A stretch of DNA of 64,000 nt from Octopus sinensis. Taxonomy: Eukaryota. Both the position numbers and the translations under genes were made by a program. The stretch spans positions 68,200,001 through 68,264,000 of the forward strand of contig NC_043000.1 of assembly GCF_006345805.1 (NCBI RefSeq). Reading direction: 5' to 3'. The notes under the pieces are model-generated. The model was given only the letters and a program-made list of their open reading frames with translations, was not told where the DNA came from and searched no databases. How positions within the stretch are numbered: the first letter of the stretch is position 1; every line of letters begins with the position of its first letter. Positions 11,801-25,016 of this stretch are shown here, in pieces.

Positions 11801-13029
11801 GCACAACAGCTTCCACAAGGACATGTGTTACATCAAAAATTCTTGGTTGGGGATGCAAATCCTCTCATTCACGTACGACATAATGCGGCAGCAGCATAGA
11901 ATTGAAGCGTCCATCTCTTTCTTCTCTCAATGTAGAATGAGGAAAATTGGATGTTGAGGTAATGTAAATAAATAAATACATATATAGAGGTGAAGATGGA
12001 GGGGCGAGAGTTCGGAACGAGGGATAAAAAATGTATAAAAAGTGTAAGTATAGAATAATATAAAAATGTAGAGGATAAAGATATAAAGAGTTGTAAGGAG
12101 ATGTAAAGGGGGTATAAAGAAATATAAAGAAATATAAATAAATGTAAAGGCATAAGGTTATAAAGTAAAAATAGAAATAGAAATAAAAGTAAAAAAACCT
12201 GATAAAACCATGATAAAAGTGTAAAAGAATGTAAAGATAAGGGATGTATAGAGGTTACGGACCAAGCATGGTGGTCAGGAGATTGATAAAATTTAGTTGT
12301 AGAATTGTCAGTAAATCAACAGTTTCGTCTGGGGACTTAATGCGTTGTAAATCAGAGCTGATGAGCATTTAATCTGGTTCCTTGAATTAAATGGACTTCT
12401 AGTACATACATATCATCATGGATACATACACCCACATACACGCGTACATATACGCCTCCAAGCCTATAAGCATACACACGCACTCGCGCGTAAACACGTA
12501 CATAAACACACACGCACCCACACGCACGCGCGTACACACACATACATACAACAGAATATCCGCATATATACACGGACATTACGCGCGTATACGCTCACAT
12601 GTATATACGCGCGCCCATCACTACATACACACACGTATATGCCCACGCCTCTAGGTCCAGGTATAAGATATTAAAGGATGTGTATAAGAACGTAAGTAAA
12701 GAATCCCGTACTCATGTCAACATGCGCACGCACACACGGCTGTGTGTCCGTATGTGCGTGCACATATACACTCATATACACACACACAGAGACACACGCG
12801 CACACGGGTATAGCTATAAGATATCGAAGTATGCATGTACATATATGCGCGTGCATATGTATGTGTGCGTACACACACGTACGCGGACGCTCGTATATTC
12901 AAAAGGTGGATCCATAGGTAAGTAAATAAACATATATAGAGGTGCAAAGCGATAAGTTAGGGGTAAGAATGAGGGTAAGGGTAAAGATTAGAAATAAAAA
13001 ATACAGTATAAAATAAGAAATACAATGTA

Positions 13030-13335
13030 ATAGTTAGAAATGAAGTATAAGAATTATAAAAATTATAAGAGTTAAGGTAAGGGATGAAAATGAAAATGAG
13101 AATAAATGGAAGTAGAATAAAAGTAAAAATAAAATTAAAAATAAAAATAAATGGAAGTAGGATAAAAGTAAAAATAAAAATAAAATAAAATAAAATAAGA
13201 TAAAATAAGATAAAATAAGATAAAATAAGATAAAATAAAATAAAATAAAAAAATAAAATAAAATAAAATAAAATAAAATAAAATAAAATAAAATAAGATA
13301 AAATAAAATAAAATAAAACAAAATAAAATAAAAAA
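13030..13335. repeat. (TAAAA/TAAGA)n pentanucleotide microsatellite
   Basis: Direct reading of the sequence. Confidence 0.9.
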
Positions 13336-13949
13336 AGATAAAAATATAATTTTGTAAAGTTTAACATGAGATGAAGGTGGTTGAAAGTTAGAGGTGTGTG
13401 TTAAACGTAGGGGCGGGCGGGGGGAACTGAAAATTGGAAGGGTGGGAAGTGGAGTTTGGCGGTGTGCGTTCAACATCTGAGTTAGAAATGTGAAAGGGTA
13501 TAGATGTAGGGAATTAAAGAGACTACATAGGGAGGATATGGGTGTAGGAGAAGAAATATTTAGGGAAAAGAAGTCATATATGGGAGACAAAATTTGTATA
13601 TATAGGGGGAAAATGCAGGGAACCGTATATGCACATACACACACCCACACACACACACACGCACATGTATATATATATGTATGTGTACACATACGTACAC
13701 GTATGTGCACATACATGCGCGCACACACACACACACACACATACACACGCACATATAGGAAAGCGGGATGTGCTGGAGCCGACAGGTTGCACCGGGTGGG
13801 AGGAAAATGGAGCAGATAAATTCTAGACTGCATATGTTTCCTGGCGAGCAGAAGCTCGGAAGTAATACCACGTGAGGTACTCCACTAGCTACTCATCAAG
13901 CCCAAGATGTCTTAGTTAAATGAAGGTTACATTGTCGTCAAGGGATCCC

Positions 13950-13995
13950 AAGTTAACTCGCAGGAGATTTGATCAAATCTCCTGCGTGTTAACTT
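13950..13995. repeat. 46-bp near-perfect palindrome
   Basis: aagttaactcgcaggagatttga|tcaaatctcctgcgtgttaactt, 1 mismatch. Confidence 0.85.
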
Positions 13996-14002
13996 AGGAT
14001 AT

Positions 14003-14322
14003 ATCACCGTGATGGCCGTGACCGAACAGGCTATCAGATGTTGCTACACATCGCTGGTTACAATGCGCTTCGTATTGTTTTAGCATTCAAATGACGCCAC
14101 CCCGCTGACTAAGCGAGCAGGCCAAACAGAAGGCCCAAAATTGTGGGGGAGTGGACCAGTCGATTAGAACGATTCCAGTACGCAACTGGTACTTAATTTA
14201 TCGACCCCGAAAGGATGAAAGGCAAAGTCGACTTCGGTGGAATTTGAACCCAGAACGTAAAGACAGACGAATTATCGTTAAGCATTTCGCACGGCGTGCT
14301 AACGTTTCTGCCAGCTCGCTGC
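14003..14322 (-). repeat. SINE family A with extended 3' tail
   Basis: Body at 14130-14322 (ccagctcgctgcc head) plus tail at 14003-14121. Confidence 0.8.
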
Positions 14323-14442
14323 CTTAAACGACAGAGAAAATTAAAAGAGTGGATTGGTGTCTTAAGTTTGAATCTTTTGAGCACTAGAGCCTTCTATAAG
14401 GAGAATATTTGAATTTCATCTGTGTACTGTGTGTGTGTGTGT

Positions 14443-14477
<35 letters not shown>

Positions 14478-16689
14478 AGTGCGCGCGCGCGTGTATACTA
14501 AAATTTAAACTAAGCAGCTAGGTAAAATATAGAACCATAAAGGAAAAATTTTATCGTTTGTAACTGAGGGTACTGAATAGCACCTATATTGCAAAAAAAA
14601 AAAAGAAGTTAAAACCCTTAAGGCTGCATATGCACATACAAACATATGTATATGTACACATAACCACGCACACACACAAACACACACACAGATACAAACA
14701 CACTCACACACACACCTGTGTGTGTGTGTGTGGTCTGAAAGTGGAACTGAGAGCAAAGGTTAGTAGAGGAGACTGAAATATTCAGAAACAATGTACATGT
14801 ACTCATTAAGAAGTTCATTGTTATATACAGCTTACACCCCGTCCCGCCACCTCCACCCCCACCGCTCACACTTTTGTTGTTCACATCTCACCCAGGGATT
14901 TTTTTTTAATAATAGTAGTCATATGCATTTAAATCCTGAAATATCAAATCCTTACCTATTGCCACTTCACCTCCTGCGGGGCTTGTAATAATTCACAATT
15001 ACCTTTACTCTTTCTTACCTTTTATTCTTTTGTTGTTCATATTGTTATTATAGTCGATGCTACTTATTGCTGTTTGCTCCTGTTGACTTGGTTGTGGTGG
15101 TGGTAGTGAAGGTAGTGTCATCATGGGTCATAGCTGATTTATTACTGTTAAATTGCTTACTTTTAGTTCGGATGAAACCCCTGTGTTATTACTCATACTA
15201 CTTGTGTTATTACTCATACTACTTGTGAGCTGAATGCCTTTTCTCTGTCATCAAACATAAAAGCACACATACATACATTCTTACACACGTACCAAAACAA
15301 TGACATGCAGATGTTCAAATCTATGTCGATAGTTTTAAAAAAATAATTTATTGAAAGAATTCATTTTTTTTTATTTATTAATATCTTAACTTTAATTTTT
15401 ATTCATTAATATTTACTTTTTTTTCTAAGTTGAATTTGGAAAATCTATTCCATTATCACTTTTGGTGAGTTTTATGGACAATCCAGGAAAACTTCATTGA
15501 AATCTTGAAATTTATCGAAATCTTGAAATAATTGTTCCTTTACATTTTAAACTGTTATCTTCCGTCTTTTTTCGATCGTTCATTCCGTTTTTCTTAGGCG
15601 AAATATAAATCTTTTGGCCGTACAATTTTTAGCGTTCTCAATTTCCCCTGAAACACTCAAAATTGCTTTGGATTATGATGAAAAGTCACTAACAATTCAG
15701 TTTGTTTTTTGAGGTTTTTTCAATTGATGTATTTGATAAGTGGAAGGTTAAACTTTCGTCCAGCTGAACTGAAGCCAGAGAAGAAGTGGTATTTGTGAAT
15801 AACTTTAATTATACCTTCAAAAACAGGCTTCTCATTTCTGGAATTTCTTTTTTAGCATTCAAGTGTATTGGGAACTCATTTGATGAGCCACACTATAAAT
15901 TTTTGAAACATATTCTCAGTGGATTGAACAAGCTCCAGGTAATTCAAGTAGAAATAAAAAGAAGACATAACTGATCACGTGATCACTCTCTTATCATAGA
16001 CTGTCTCTTCCCCATGAAACCTTACACATAACAAAACTGACAGGACAATAAGTGTTTGTATTAAACATTTTTTGTTCAAATAATCAAAAAAACAGAAAGG
16101 AAACAACAATCTCCACAACAATTTATTAGCTGTCTTGTTATGAGTGAAAGTAAAACAGAACCTGTGTGGTCAGTGGAACCACCAGAATGGATTAACTTTT
16201 TCAGTAATGACATGTTTCTGGATTACAAGGAGTTTGTTTCCAAAAAAGTAAGAAAACTTTCTTTGTTGAAAACAAGTAATTTAAAAAAAAAATCTTAAAC
16301 TACTTATATTTTAGGTTCTTGCTGTTGTATTGTTGAATGTTATTTGTTTTTGTTGTTGATATAATGATTAAAAATACCAATTTGCCATTAAACTTCTGTT
16401 GCAGTTAATTTTTATTTAAATGCAAAAAGTAGTGGTTTTTCTCTCTAGCTTTGCTGTTGTTTAGATCCAGGTTGGTCTGATTAAATCGACCGATTTTTCC
16501 ATCGTTTTAGAACTATTTATCTTGGGCTCTTTCCTTATTTAAGATGAGAGGGTGTGGTTTGAAAGTGATTTAGCTATTATTTCTTATACGTGGAGCGACC
16601 ACATAAATACCCTCTCGCTGCTCTAGACTTGTATAGTGAACTAAAGAACTGATTTCTCGCATCTGCAAAAGATAACAAATTTCAGGAGA

Positions 16690-18661
16690 TCGATGTGCAG
16701 TGGATCTTGCAGGCATGATGTAGATTCGATCCTAGATAGCCAAATTTAAATTAACACTTCAACTGCACTTTTCTCACGGTAAAACAATAGTTTTTCTGTG
16801 ACAGCAGTTTACATTTGCCAGATGCCTTAGCTAAGCAAAATAATGTCTTCGCCACTTGACCCTTCTAACCTCTTCTATTTCACCAAAAGCTAGAATTAAG
16901 ATGACAAGTACCACCAACGAAATCCATTGTTCTCAATGATATGTCTATCCTTCTGGAACCCCTAAGCAAAAGTCAGTTAGTGAGTTAGTGAAACTCCGAG
17001 TTAGAGAGTATTTCTTTATTCACCATAAGGTTGAGAAAAAGAGGGGACAAAACAAACGTTGGGGTCAGGGTATCGAATGAGACGAAACGTATGAATAAAC
17101 AAACAATTAAAATATATACAATTAAATGAGAATGAGTGAATAACAAAAAATGAAGCGGAGGACGCGGTTGACCCCACAAACCACATACTCACACTGAAGA
17201 CTTTGCTTTCTCCTTTTTTACATTCTCGATTAAACAGGTTCTTTCACTCGCAACATACTTGCTATAGACTTCCATCTTTTACGAAACACACTTTGCAACA
17301 GGCATTTCTTCTCCAGCCTTATTTTCCGTTTCATGTGGAAAACGAAAAAGTCGATTGGCTCGAGACTGGAGATAAACATGCCTGTTGCAATTCCTTTTAC
17401 TCTCGTCTTCCATACTACTTCTTTCACCATAGCAACTACCGAGAGAAAACAGGCTCGCTCCTCTCTATTCAGGGAGGTCGGCGAAACTATCTTAATTACA
17501 GATTCGCTCGACAGTTGTACTCTTCTCGAATACGACAGCAGGTGTTCGACATAAGCCCAGAGTTCAGTCACCTTGGGGTATTGCACAATCGCGTGCAGGA
17601 CAGTTTCACTGTCCTTCTCACATCTTGCACAAACCGGCGAAGGTGCACACCCATGTCTAAAGAGCTTATCTCGAACCGGTAAAGCTCCTCTATAACATTG
17701 CCAAGCCAGGGACTTTTGGTAATTATCCATGGGCCCCGGACCGAATGTTCTTTGGAACAGGCTGGCCAGTTGATTTTCGTCGAAGCCCAGGTTTTCTCCC
17801 AGGACGTCGTCACACTTAAACTCTACTAACCCTCTATAGAAGAACGAGGTAGTACCCCCGCCACCGGCGTTGCCCGACTGGGAGAGAAGCACGAGTGCCT
17901 GATGGCACTCTACATGCCACACACCCAACCTCGGTCTACACTTGATCCATGGGTTCAGTTTGGTAAACGATGTGAACTGTGGAAATAACAGCTTGACGAA
18001 CGGAGACCACACCTGCTCACCGTCCAGGTAAAGCCAGAGGTGCCTAAGCCTGAGCGCATGTCTGCGCATTTTTAGCCACGGCATCCCTAACCCACCCTTC
18101 AGCGACTTTTGGCAGCAAATAGAGCGCCTTACAAGAGGTCTGCTGCCCCTCCACAAAAAGCGAAAGAGCATGCGTTCCAGCTTGTTCAGCCACGAATCGG
18201 AGCAAGGCACGACGGTCAGGCGGTAGCGACCATCAGTTAGCGAACGGACCACTAGAATCATGGCCACAAGCAGGCAGCCACTAAAGACAAACGGCCAGAG
18301 GGAAAAAGAAAGTTACAATCAGCAACTATGCAAGACAACTTCGCTCGACTCTCTCACTATCACTAGCTCAGCTCACTTTCTTCTTAGAACTTTACTCCAT
18401 CTCTATCTGCAATTACTACTACACAATGACGAGAACACAAACTATACAAAGAAAATCTACGACATCTATTTTTACTTCGCATGCTGTACGATTTTATCAC
18501 CTGCCCGTCGAGGCAAGGTATTTTACAATGTAGCGGTAAAATATTTTCCTTAAAACTTCATGCATTGTTCATCTTTCACATCTTACAACATGTCATTGCA
18601 ATTAAATTTCAACCGTACAAACTCATAAACATCTACTGTTACAAACTGGTGATCCCGACGT
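16690..18661 (+). mobile_element. LTR-like repeat X (copy 1) split by a Tx1 insertion, followed by a tRNA-Trp-type PBS
   Basis: 16700-17008 and 18231-18390 are homologous to 40666-41160. It ends ...TGTTACA (18643), then TGGTGATCCCGACGT (18647-18661). Confidence 0.55.
17009..18230 (-). mobile_element. 5'-truncated Tx1/L1-clade LINE (ORF2 C-terminus, zf-RVT region, 3' UTR)
   Basis: ORF 17230-18267: LFRFLWRG..GGLGMP, AWQCYRGALPVRDKL..CARC..ETVLHA (last Cys replaced by Tyr). AATAAA on the minus strand at about 17015-17020. Confidence 0.85.
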
Positions 18662-19199
18662 TGCACCATAACAGATAACGATTACAATTTACAAATATAA
18701 ACTACAAAAAGGTGACCCCGTCTAAAAGGAATTACCGTCTTTTTTTTATGCACCATTACAGATGTAATCCAGTGAACAATCCCTATCATATGCTTAATAC
18801 TTACTTTATTGACATTAATATTATCAGCAGTTCTATATTCTTTGATGGAGTCAACAGTAAAATTAATGACGTGGGAGATTTCAACTCTGAAATGATAAAT
18901 ATTACATTAGATATATTAATAGCTATACATAGAATTATCGGAATAGAATAAGAAATGAAATGAAAGACAGGTATTCCATCAATTTTATGTCTTCTTAGTT
19001 TCACACGTATACTGGATTATCTATTGAAAGAAGTCACGTAATAGTAGCTCTGAGAATTTCTAGAAACCTGCTGTAACGTTATGAATAATTTTTTCGGTAC
19101 TAAACCTTCACAGCACACCATTTAATGGAAACATTCCTCCAATTCTTGATTAGAATATTATAAAAGTGCAAATATTTAAAAGAAAATATAATGCTACAT

Positions 19200-19435
19200 C
19201 AACGGTTCTCAACCAGGGTCCACATAAGATTTTGTTATTAAAGTTTATGTGTTATAAATCGGTTACACTTCTACAATAAACAAAATATTTTAACAAATTT
19301 TTTAATGCAATTCCTAACAATATCTAATTATATAAATATAATAGGATTTTTAAAACATTAAATGACAATGGGGATCCACGAGAGTAAAAGAGGAATCAAA
19401 GGGGTTCATAGACAAAAAATGGTTGGGAACCACCG
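19200..19435 (+). mobile_element. hAT-type MITE (same family as 30851-31206), decayed
   Basis: CAACGGTTCTCAACC...GGTTGGGAACCACCG termini and shared internal segments. Confidence 0.65.
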
Positions 19436-20655
19436 TGCAAATCCCACAATTTCTGGACATTGAGAAGGGGATATATTGACATTTCCCCCGCTTTATACTG
19501 GAATACTGTATTCTCTGCAGTGAAAATGAATTTCTTAGAAGGACCTTAAGAAGGTAGCACGTCGTGTTAGATTTGATTTTAAGCATTTGCATATTTTTCT
19601 ACCTTCATGAGTGATATGATACGAATGGCTAAACAGATGTGTCGCTTGGTAGCGAAAATGTAATTAATAAAGTTGGCGGAAAATTTAGGTGTTCTGACAT
19701 GATTATGTATAGATTAAAAGAGGTTATACACCATCAAAGGTACTTAACGTCATACATTCTGCTAGTCGTCGATGTAAATATTATCGAGCACATTCTGAAT
19801 TTAAATTATATTAGAGACGATTTTGTCCTTTATCCTTTATTACATTACCGCTCCCCCCACAAAAATTAGTATCATTCAAATACTAGTGTCGGCCACACAT
19901 TTCTTCCCAAATGTCATATACCATTGAAAGAAATATAAATTTTCTGGAAGACTAGACAAAGTTTTAGTTTTATAGGTGTTCAGAGTAATCTCCCTTGCAG
20001 CTCATAAATTTTATAAGGATTTCAGGAAATAAGAAAAATTAAAAAAGTACATTTCTTTATCTACTTAAAATTATTCCAATAATTTATCGTTGGACGACTT
20101 TAGAGAATCTCTAAACAATCCCTGATAAACACAAGCCTGTTGCCAGACTTTGGTGCCTGGGGACGCTTCAAAATATTCTGGTTGGGAACTAATTTGTAAT
20201 AATGCTAAAGTGGAGTTTCGAAATAAGTGTATCGCTGTAAGGTTTTTCGTTTTTAATTAATTTACCCCTCCCCACAATTCTAAAACTTCGATTTTTTTTC
20301 AAATTTAAAAAATAAATCATAGTTTTAAAATACGGACAGTCCGAATTTGCTGTTTGTTTATAATTTTCAAATGATTTTCAGGGGAAAAGGTGTGTTATTT
20401 GGGAGATTTAACTGTTGTTTCTAGCACATCCCACGACCATCTGGTACCTTCCTCGTTTCTCTGTCATTCTGACATGTTTTGATCTTTTTCAATATTTTTC
20501 TCCCCATTAACACATTTTATGGAATGAGGATATGGAAGTAACACAGGTTTTGTTTAGCCCAAGGATGCTCCATTGCTGGGGTTTGAGCAAAATTGTAATT
20601 TAAGCAAAATTTGTAATTTAATTTTTTAACCTCCACCCCCGCACCAAGAATGTGT

Positions 20656-20693
<38 letters not shown>

Positions 20694-21070
20694 CGCGTGT
20701 GTAAGAAAACATATTTATTAACAGAAAAGTGTGCTATTAAAATAAATTATCTTTTACATACACTTTAAAAATCACTCTGGATAAATTCCTACAATCATAG
20801 GCTCTCTAGTACCATTTATTTTCGATACGGGTTAAGTTTAATTTGATCATCTGTAAGGGTTTATGGATAGTGGGGGATGAAAAAAATTTAATCGAACAAG
20901 TCTCTTGGCATAATCGTACGAGATAGAATATGTAGAGTACAAATTCGCAAAAATTTCTGAAAACACCCGTAACTGAAAAAGGTTATGACCGGTTACATGG
21001 CATGCGTCGATCCAGAATCGATAATAGGCCGTGCGCATGGGCGAGTTTACTTTTAGCATTTTGAATTTGG

Positions 21071-21250
21071 ATTTCCTGTCGCCGTACAGCGTTCATGGCG
21101 AAGACTCTTAAACGATTTAGTCCACCAAGCCATTAAAAGGATGTCATTGAGCAAGCGTTGTAACTCAGTCTCAGATTGATCTGAGCTTGTTCCGGATCAT
21201 CAACATCGATGATCATCAACGGTCGTGGTGTGTGTGTGTGTGTGTGTGTG
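21071..21250 (+). repeat. Unclassified repeat ending in (TG)n (short copy)
   Basis: Near-identical to parts of 24397-24686. Confidence 0.7.
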
Positions 21251-21589
21251 ATAAATGGAAACAAATGGCAGATTCAGATTATCCGAATTTTAAGACTATG
21301 ATAAAAAGAATTTGTTTCATTGATTAATTACAAACCAGTAAAAATAGTTTCTAGTTTTTTAAAACCTCCTCCTCCTCCTCCTCCTCCTCCACTTCATCCT
21401 ATTCCTCTTAAGCAACAGGCCGTGACTTTTTCATATTTGACCTTTTACGAACATTCTTTCAGAACTGTTTTAAATATCAGAAAAGTTGATAACAAAAGAT
21501 GCTTTCCATTTTTGCCTCCTCGACTCTCTTCTGTTTCCAAAGATGTATCAAGCTGCAACTTGTTAAGATGTATCGCTCAAGGTTTTAAG

Positions 21590-21904
21590 ATTATAGTTTA
21601 GGATTATGGTATGGTATAGGTTAATTTCATACCTGCCCAGTTGGATTTATTTCTGGAAAGTCTGGTGGGTGTGAGTAGCAGGGGAAAGATTCCATCAAGA
21701 TATAAAGGAGATGGAAAGAAGACCAGGGAAGATGGCTCGTCAGTATGATGGCCAACAAGTGTTGGATGTTGCATCGTGAATGTTCCCAGTGTCCTCTTTA
21801 GGAGATATTACAAACATAAATAGTTTGAATATCTATTTGCTCAAGGAAAGTGTTTTTGATAAAATATCGTCTGCAATAGATATGGGTTGTCTAACAACAC
21901 TGTG
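21590..21904 (+). pseudogene. Chapaev3/Transib-like (CMC) transposase C-terminal fossil
   Basis: Frameshifted VNFIPAQLDLFLESLVGVS-xQGERFHQDIKEMERR resembles the HFLHSHLDFFPENLGAVSDEQGERFHQDI motif. Possible terminus CACTGTG|TAA at 21898-21907. Family name is recalled, not searched. Confidence 0.55.
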
Positions 21905-22698
21905 TAACAAAATTTAATATTATTTTTTGTTTGGTCAGTAAGCGTTATTTCCTATTTGCTTCTATCAGGACATCGAAGGAAATGACTATTATTCTTTTCA
22001 AACTTTGCTTTTGTGACCTAGACATCAATGTTTTGAAACTGGCCTATTTTCCATTACATTTCAAACAGATTCAACGCTGAGCTGCTGAAGCAGAAATATC
22101 GTTACAGCAAATATTCTGCTCAACACGACAGATTTGCTTTTCAGATTTGCTTGACTTTAATCACTTGAGCATGTCCCTTAGTGACAGACCATACGTGCTT
22201 CTCTGAAGTAGAAGTAGTGGGGAAGCATCATAGCCATGTGTTGAGAGGGATTCCTTAATATTTGAATAACTATCGTAACAAAAGCAAAGTTTGAAGGAAA
22301 TATTAGCCATTTTTCATAGTTTTAAAGAGGTAATAATAGTTGCTATCCAAGGACAAAAATCGTGTTACAAGGAGAGGTAACACGCGGATGGTTAACGAAA
22401 ACAATGAATAAAGTAACGATAATCAACAAAGGAAAATATTTTTCTGTTTATGATATACTTTTATCGAAATTATCATTGAATTCTGTAATTACCATAATTC
22501 TGTCATCACATATCTACTGAACTCATTAATTTCCGGTTACGTGCATAATGTTTAGAAAAAACAGTCATTTATGAACAAATTATAAAGATTACTCAAACAA
22601 TACGTCTAGATTTCTGTCAACAGAAAACGAACGTAAAATCATTTCAAAGAAAAATTCCGACAAATATATTTTCATAAAATTCTTCTTACTTTTTACAG

Positions 22699-22921
22699 TT
22701 ACCTTTAAAATACCCCAGCTTGGGATCTGGACAATCATATGATTATGCTGAACCTTATTCGTCATTTAAAGGGAGCCGAGCCGATTTTGGGAGAGGTTCT
22801 TACAGTGACTCAAGAAAGTTATTCCTGCAAAAAAGTGGCCGAATACTTTGGATCATTTCATGTATTCTCGTTTTCCTTGGCATGATCGCTGCGTTGGGTG
22901 TCGCAATCACACTCATGACAG
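22699..22921 (+). CDS. Internal exon encoding a cytoplasmic segment plus a single TM helix (type II membrane protein)
   Basis: TTTTTACAG acceptor and G|GTTAGT donor. Open phase 0 to 1: LPLKYPSLGSGQSYDYAEPY...RKLFLQKSGR-ILWIISCILVFLGMIAALGVAITLMT. Basic residues precede the hydrophobic stretch. Confidence 0.65.
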
Positions 22922-22992
22922 GTTAGTTAATTATGTTAACGTTACTGTATTTTTGTATTGCTGAGATAGCTTAACATTAGTGAAGTGCATAA

Positions 22993-23600
22993 GGCGGCGA
23001 GCTGGCAGAAGCGTTAGCGCGCCGGGCGAAATGCTTTGCAGTATTTCGTTTGCCGTTACGTTCTGAGTTCAAATTCCGCCGAGGTCGACTTTGCCTTTCA
23101 TCCTTTTGGGGTCGATAAATTAAGTACTAGTTACGCACTGGGGTCGATGTAATCGACTTAATCTCTTTGTCTGTCCTTGTTTGTCCCCTCTATGTTTAGC
23201 CTCTTGTGGGCAATAAAGAAATAAGAAACGTTAGCTGGGCGAAATGCGTAGCAGTATTTCGTCTACCGTTACGTTCTGAGTTCATATTCCGCCGAGGTCG
23301 ACTTTGCCTTTCATCCTTTCGGGGTCGATTAAATAAGTACCAGTTACGCACTGGGGTCAATATAATCAACTTAATCCGTTTGTCTGTCCTTGTTTGTCCT
23401 CTCTGTGTTTAGCCCCTTGTGGATAGTAAAGAAATAGGTATTTCGTCTATTTTTCACGTTCTCAAATCAAATTCCACCGAGGTCGACTTTGCCTTTTAAC
23501 CTTTTGGGGTTGATAAAACAAGTACCAGTTGCGTACTGGGATTGATGTAATCGACTTACTCCTCCCCCAAAACTGCTGGCCTTGTGTCAAAATTTGAAAT
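22993..23600 (+). repeat. Tandem trimer of SINE family A
   Basis: Units start at about 22993, 23228 and 23440. The second and third are 5'-truncated. Confidence 0.8.
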
Positions 23601-24396
23601 GAATATTACTGAAATAATTTGACTATAATTAGTTTAATGAAGAGGGAGAGAGTTGCAAGGTGTCGAAAAAGTTGTTTGTTAAGAGACGTTTTCTTCATCT
23701 TTGATACATTGGAAATATGCATTTTCGGTTAAGGTTAATAAACATACAAATCTTTATTTATAATAAAGAATATCAATGTTTTTATCCTCCACTGAATCGT
23801 AGAATTGTAGATGGTGGCTTCGCAATTGCGTATGTAATGAAAGTTAGCTATTTGCAACGAGCTGGAAAGACTGAAGAAGTATTACGTATTATGACATGGT
23901 TTCCTTTACCTAATCTTAGGTCTTATTCCTCTTGCCTAACATTGGAATTTAGAGCCGTATACTTTTAGGAGCAAGTAGTGGTAAGATAACATTCAGTTCA
24001 AGTACCGAAACCATTCAAGCTTTTCATCAATGGACGTGACAGAAAAGTAATGTTGCTCTCCCTTTGACTTATGATTATGTCACATTGAAATATACATTTA
24101 TCTTGTTGTATATCAACATCACCATCTTTTCTCTCGCAAGAAATGTATACATGATTTTATTTTGGAATAAAAGTAATCAGTTTACCAACTCCCGAGTATA
24201 ATTGAGTTCTCTTAAGTCGAGGGGGAACCAACAATAAACCCTGCATTAGAATAAAGTAATAATTGTAGAATGCGATATCCATTGGTGGTAGAGAAAATCA
24301 CCACTGTTTTACTTAAATAATATGAGACTCGTTTGGAGAGAATTAGACAGTTAAGCTGAAAGTGTATAGAGTTTCGTGTCGAAGGGATAACAGTGC

Positions 24397-24686
24397 ATTT
24401 CCTGTCGCCGCACAGCGTTCATGGCGAAGACTCTTAAACGATTTAGTCCACCTAGCCATTAAAAAAGGATGCCATTGAGCAAGCGTTTAAATTCCTCAGG
24501 ATTAACGAATTAGCGAGTGATACTGAATTCCATTGGCCAGAGGAGTACTCAGTTTCAGATTGATCTGAGCTTATTCCGGATCATCAACGTCGACTAATGG
24601 ATGGACGATTTGGAATCGTCCATCCATTTTCACCGCCCACTATTCCTGGAACGGTCGTGGGGTGTGTATGTGTGTGTGTGTGTGTG
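24397..24686 (+). repeat. Unclassified repeat ending in (TG)n (long copy with 15-bp hairpin)
   Basis: Homologous to 21071-21250. Perfect stem 24596-24610/24614-24628. Confidence 0.7.
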
Positions 24687-24944
24687 ATAAAGTTCTCAGG
24701 CACCTCCTCCATAGGGTCCTATCAGAAACAACCGTCATTACGCTTTCTGGCTTGATCCTCAAGCTTGACCAACTGAGCCTATGGGAATCGTTCTTGGTCT
24801 ACCCCAAAGTTTCCTACCAGTTGACTTGGCCTAAAGAATCCATCTTGCGATTCTTTCCTGAAACCCTCAAATCAAAATGCTTCAAATTCTTTATCATTCA
24901 GTTGTAAAAATTCCATCTAATTTTGAAATATTTGTATTTTGCAG

Positions 24945-25016
24945 CAGATAAATCAGGAACGAAGGGATCCTTTAATTCAGATTTTGTCAACAAGAGTGGT
25001 ATTTCTTTGACAACAC
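24945..25016 (+). CDS. Symmetric 72-nt exon (phase 1-1) of the putative type II membrane gene
   Basis: TATTTTGCAG(CAG) acceptor and C|GTAAGT donor. Reads (A)DKSGTKGSFNSDFVNKSGISLTT in phase with the TM exon. N-K-S sequon. Confidence 0.55.

Noticed and set aside
12358-12364. CTGATGA near a GAAAC on the opposite strand
   Set aside because: The two core halves are on different strands and no consistent stems form.
13820-13914. Fifth hammerhead-like pattern on the minus strand (UUGAUGA...GAAAC-AUAU-GCA)
   Set aside because: Two core changes and a poorly paired stem II. Too degenerate to call, though it could be a dead pLTR.
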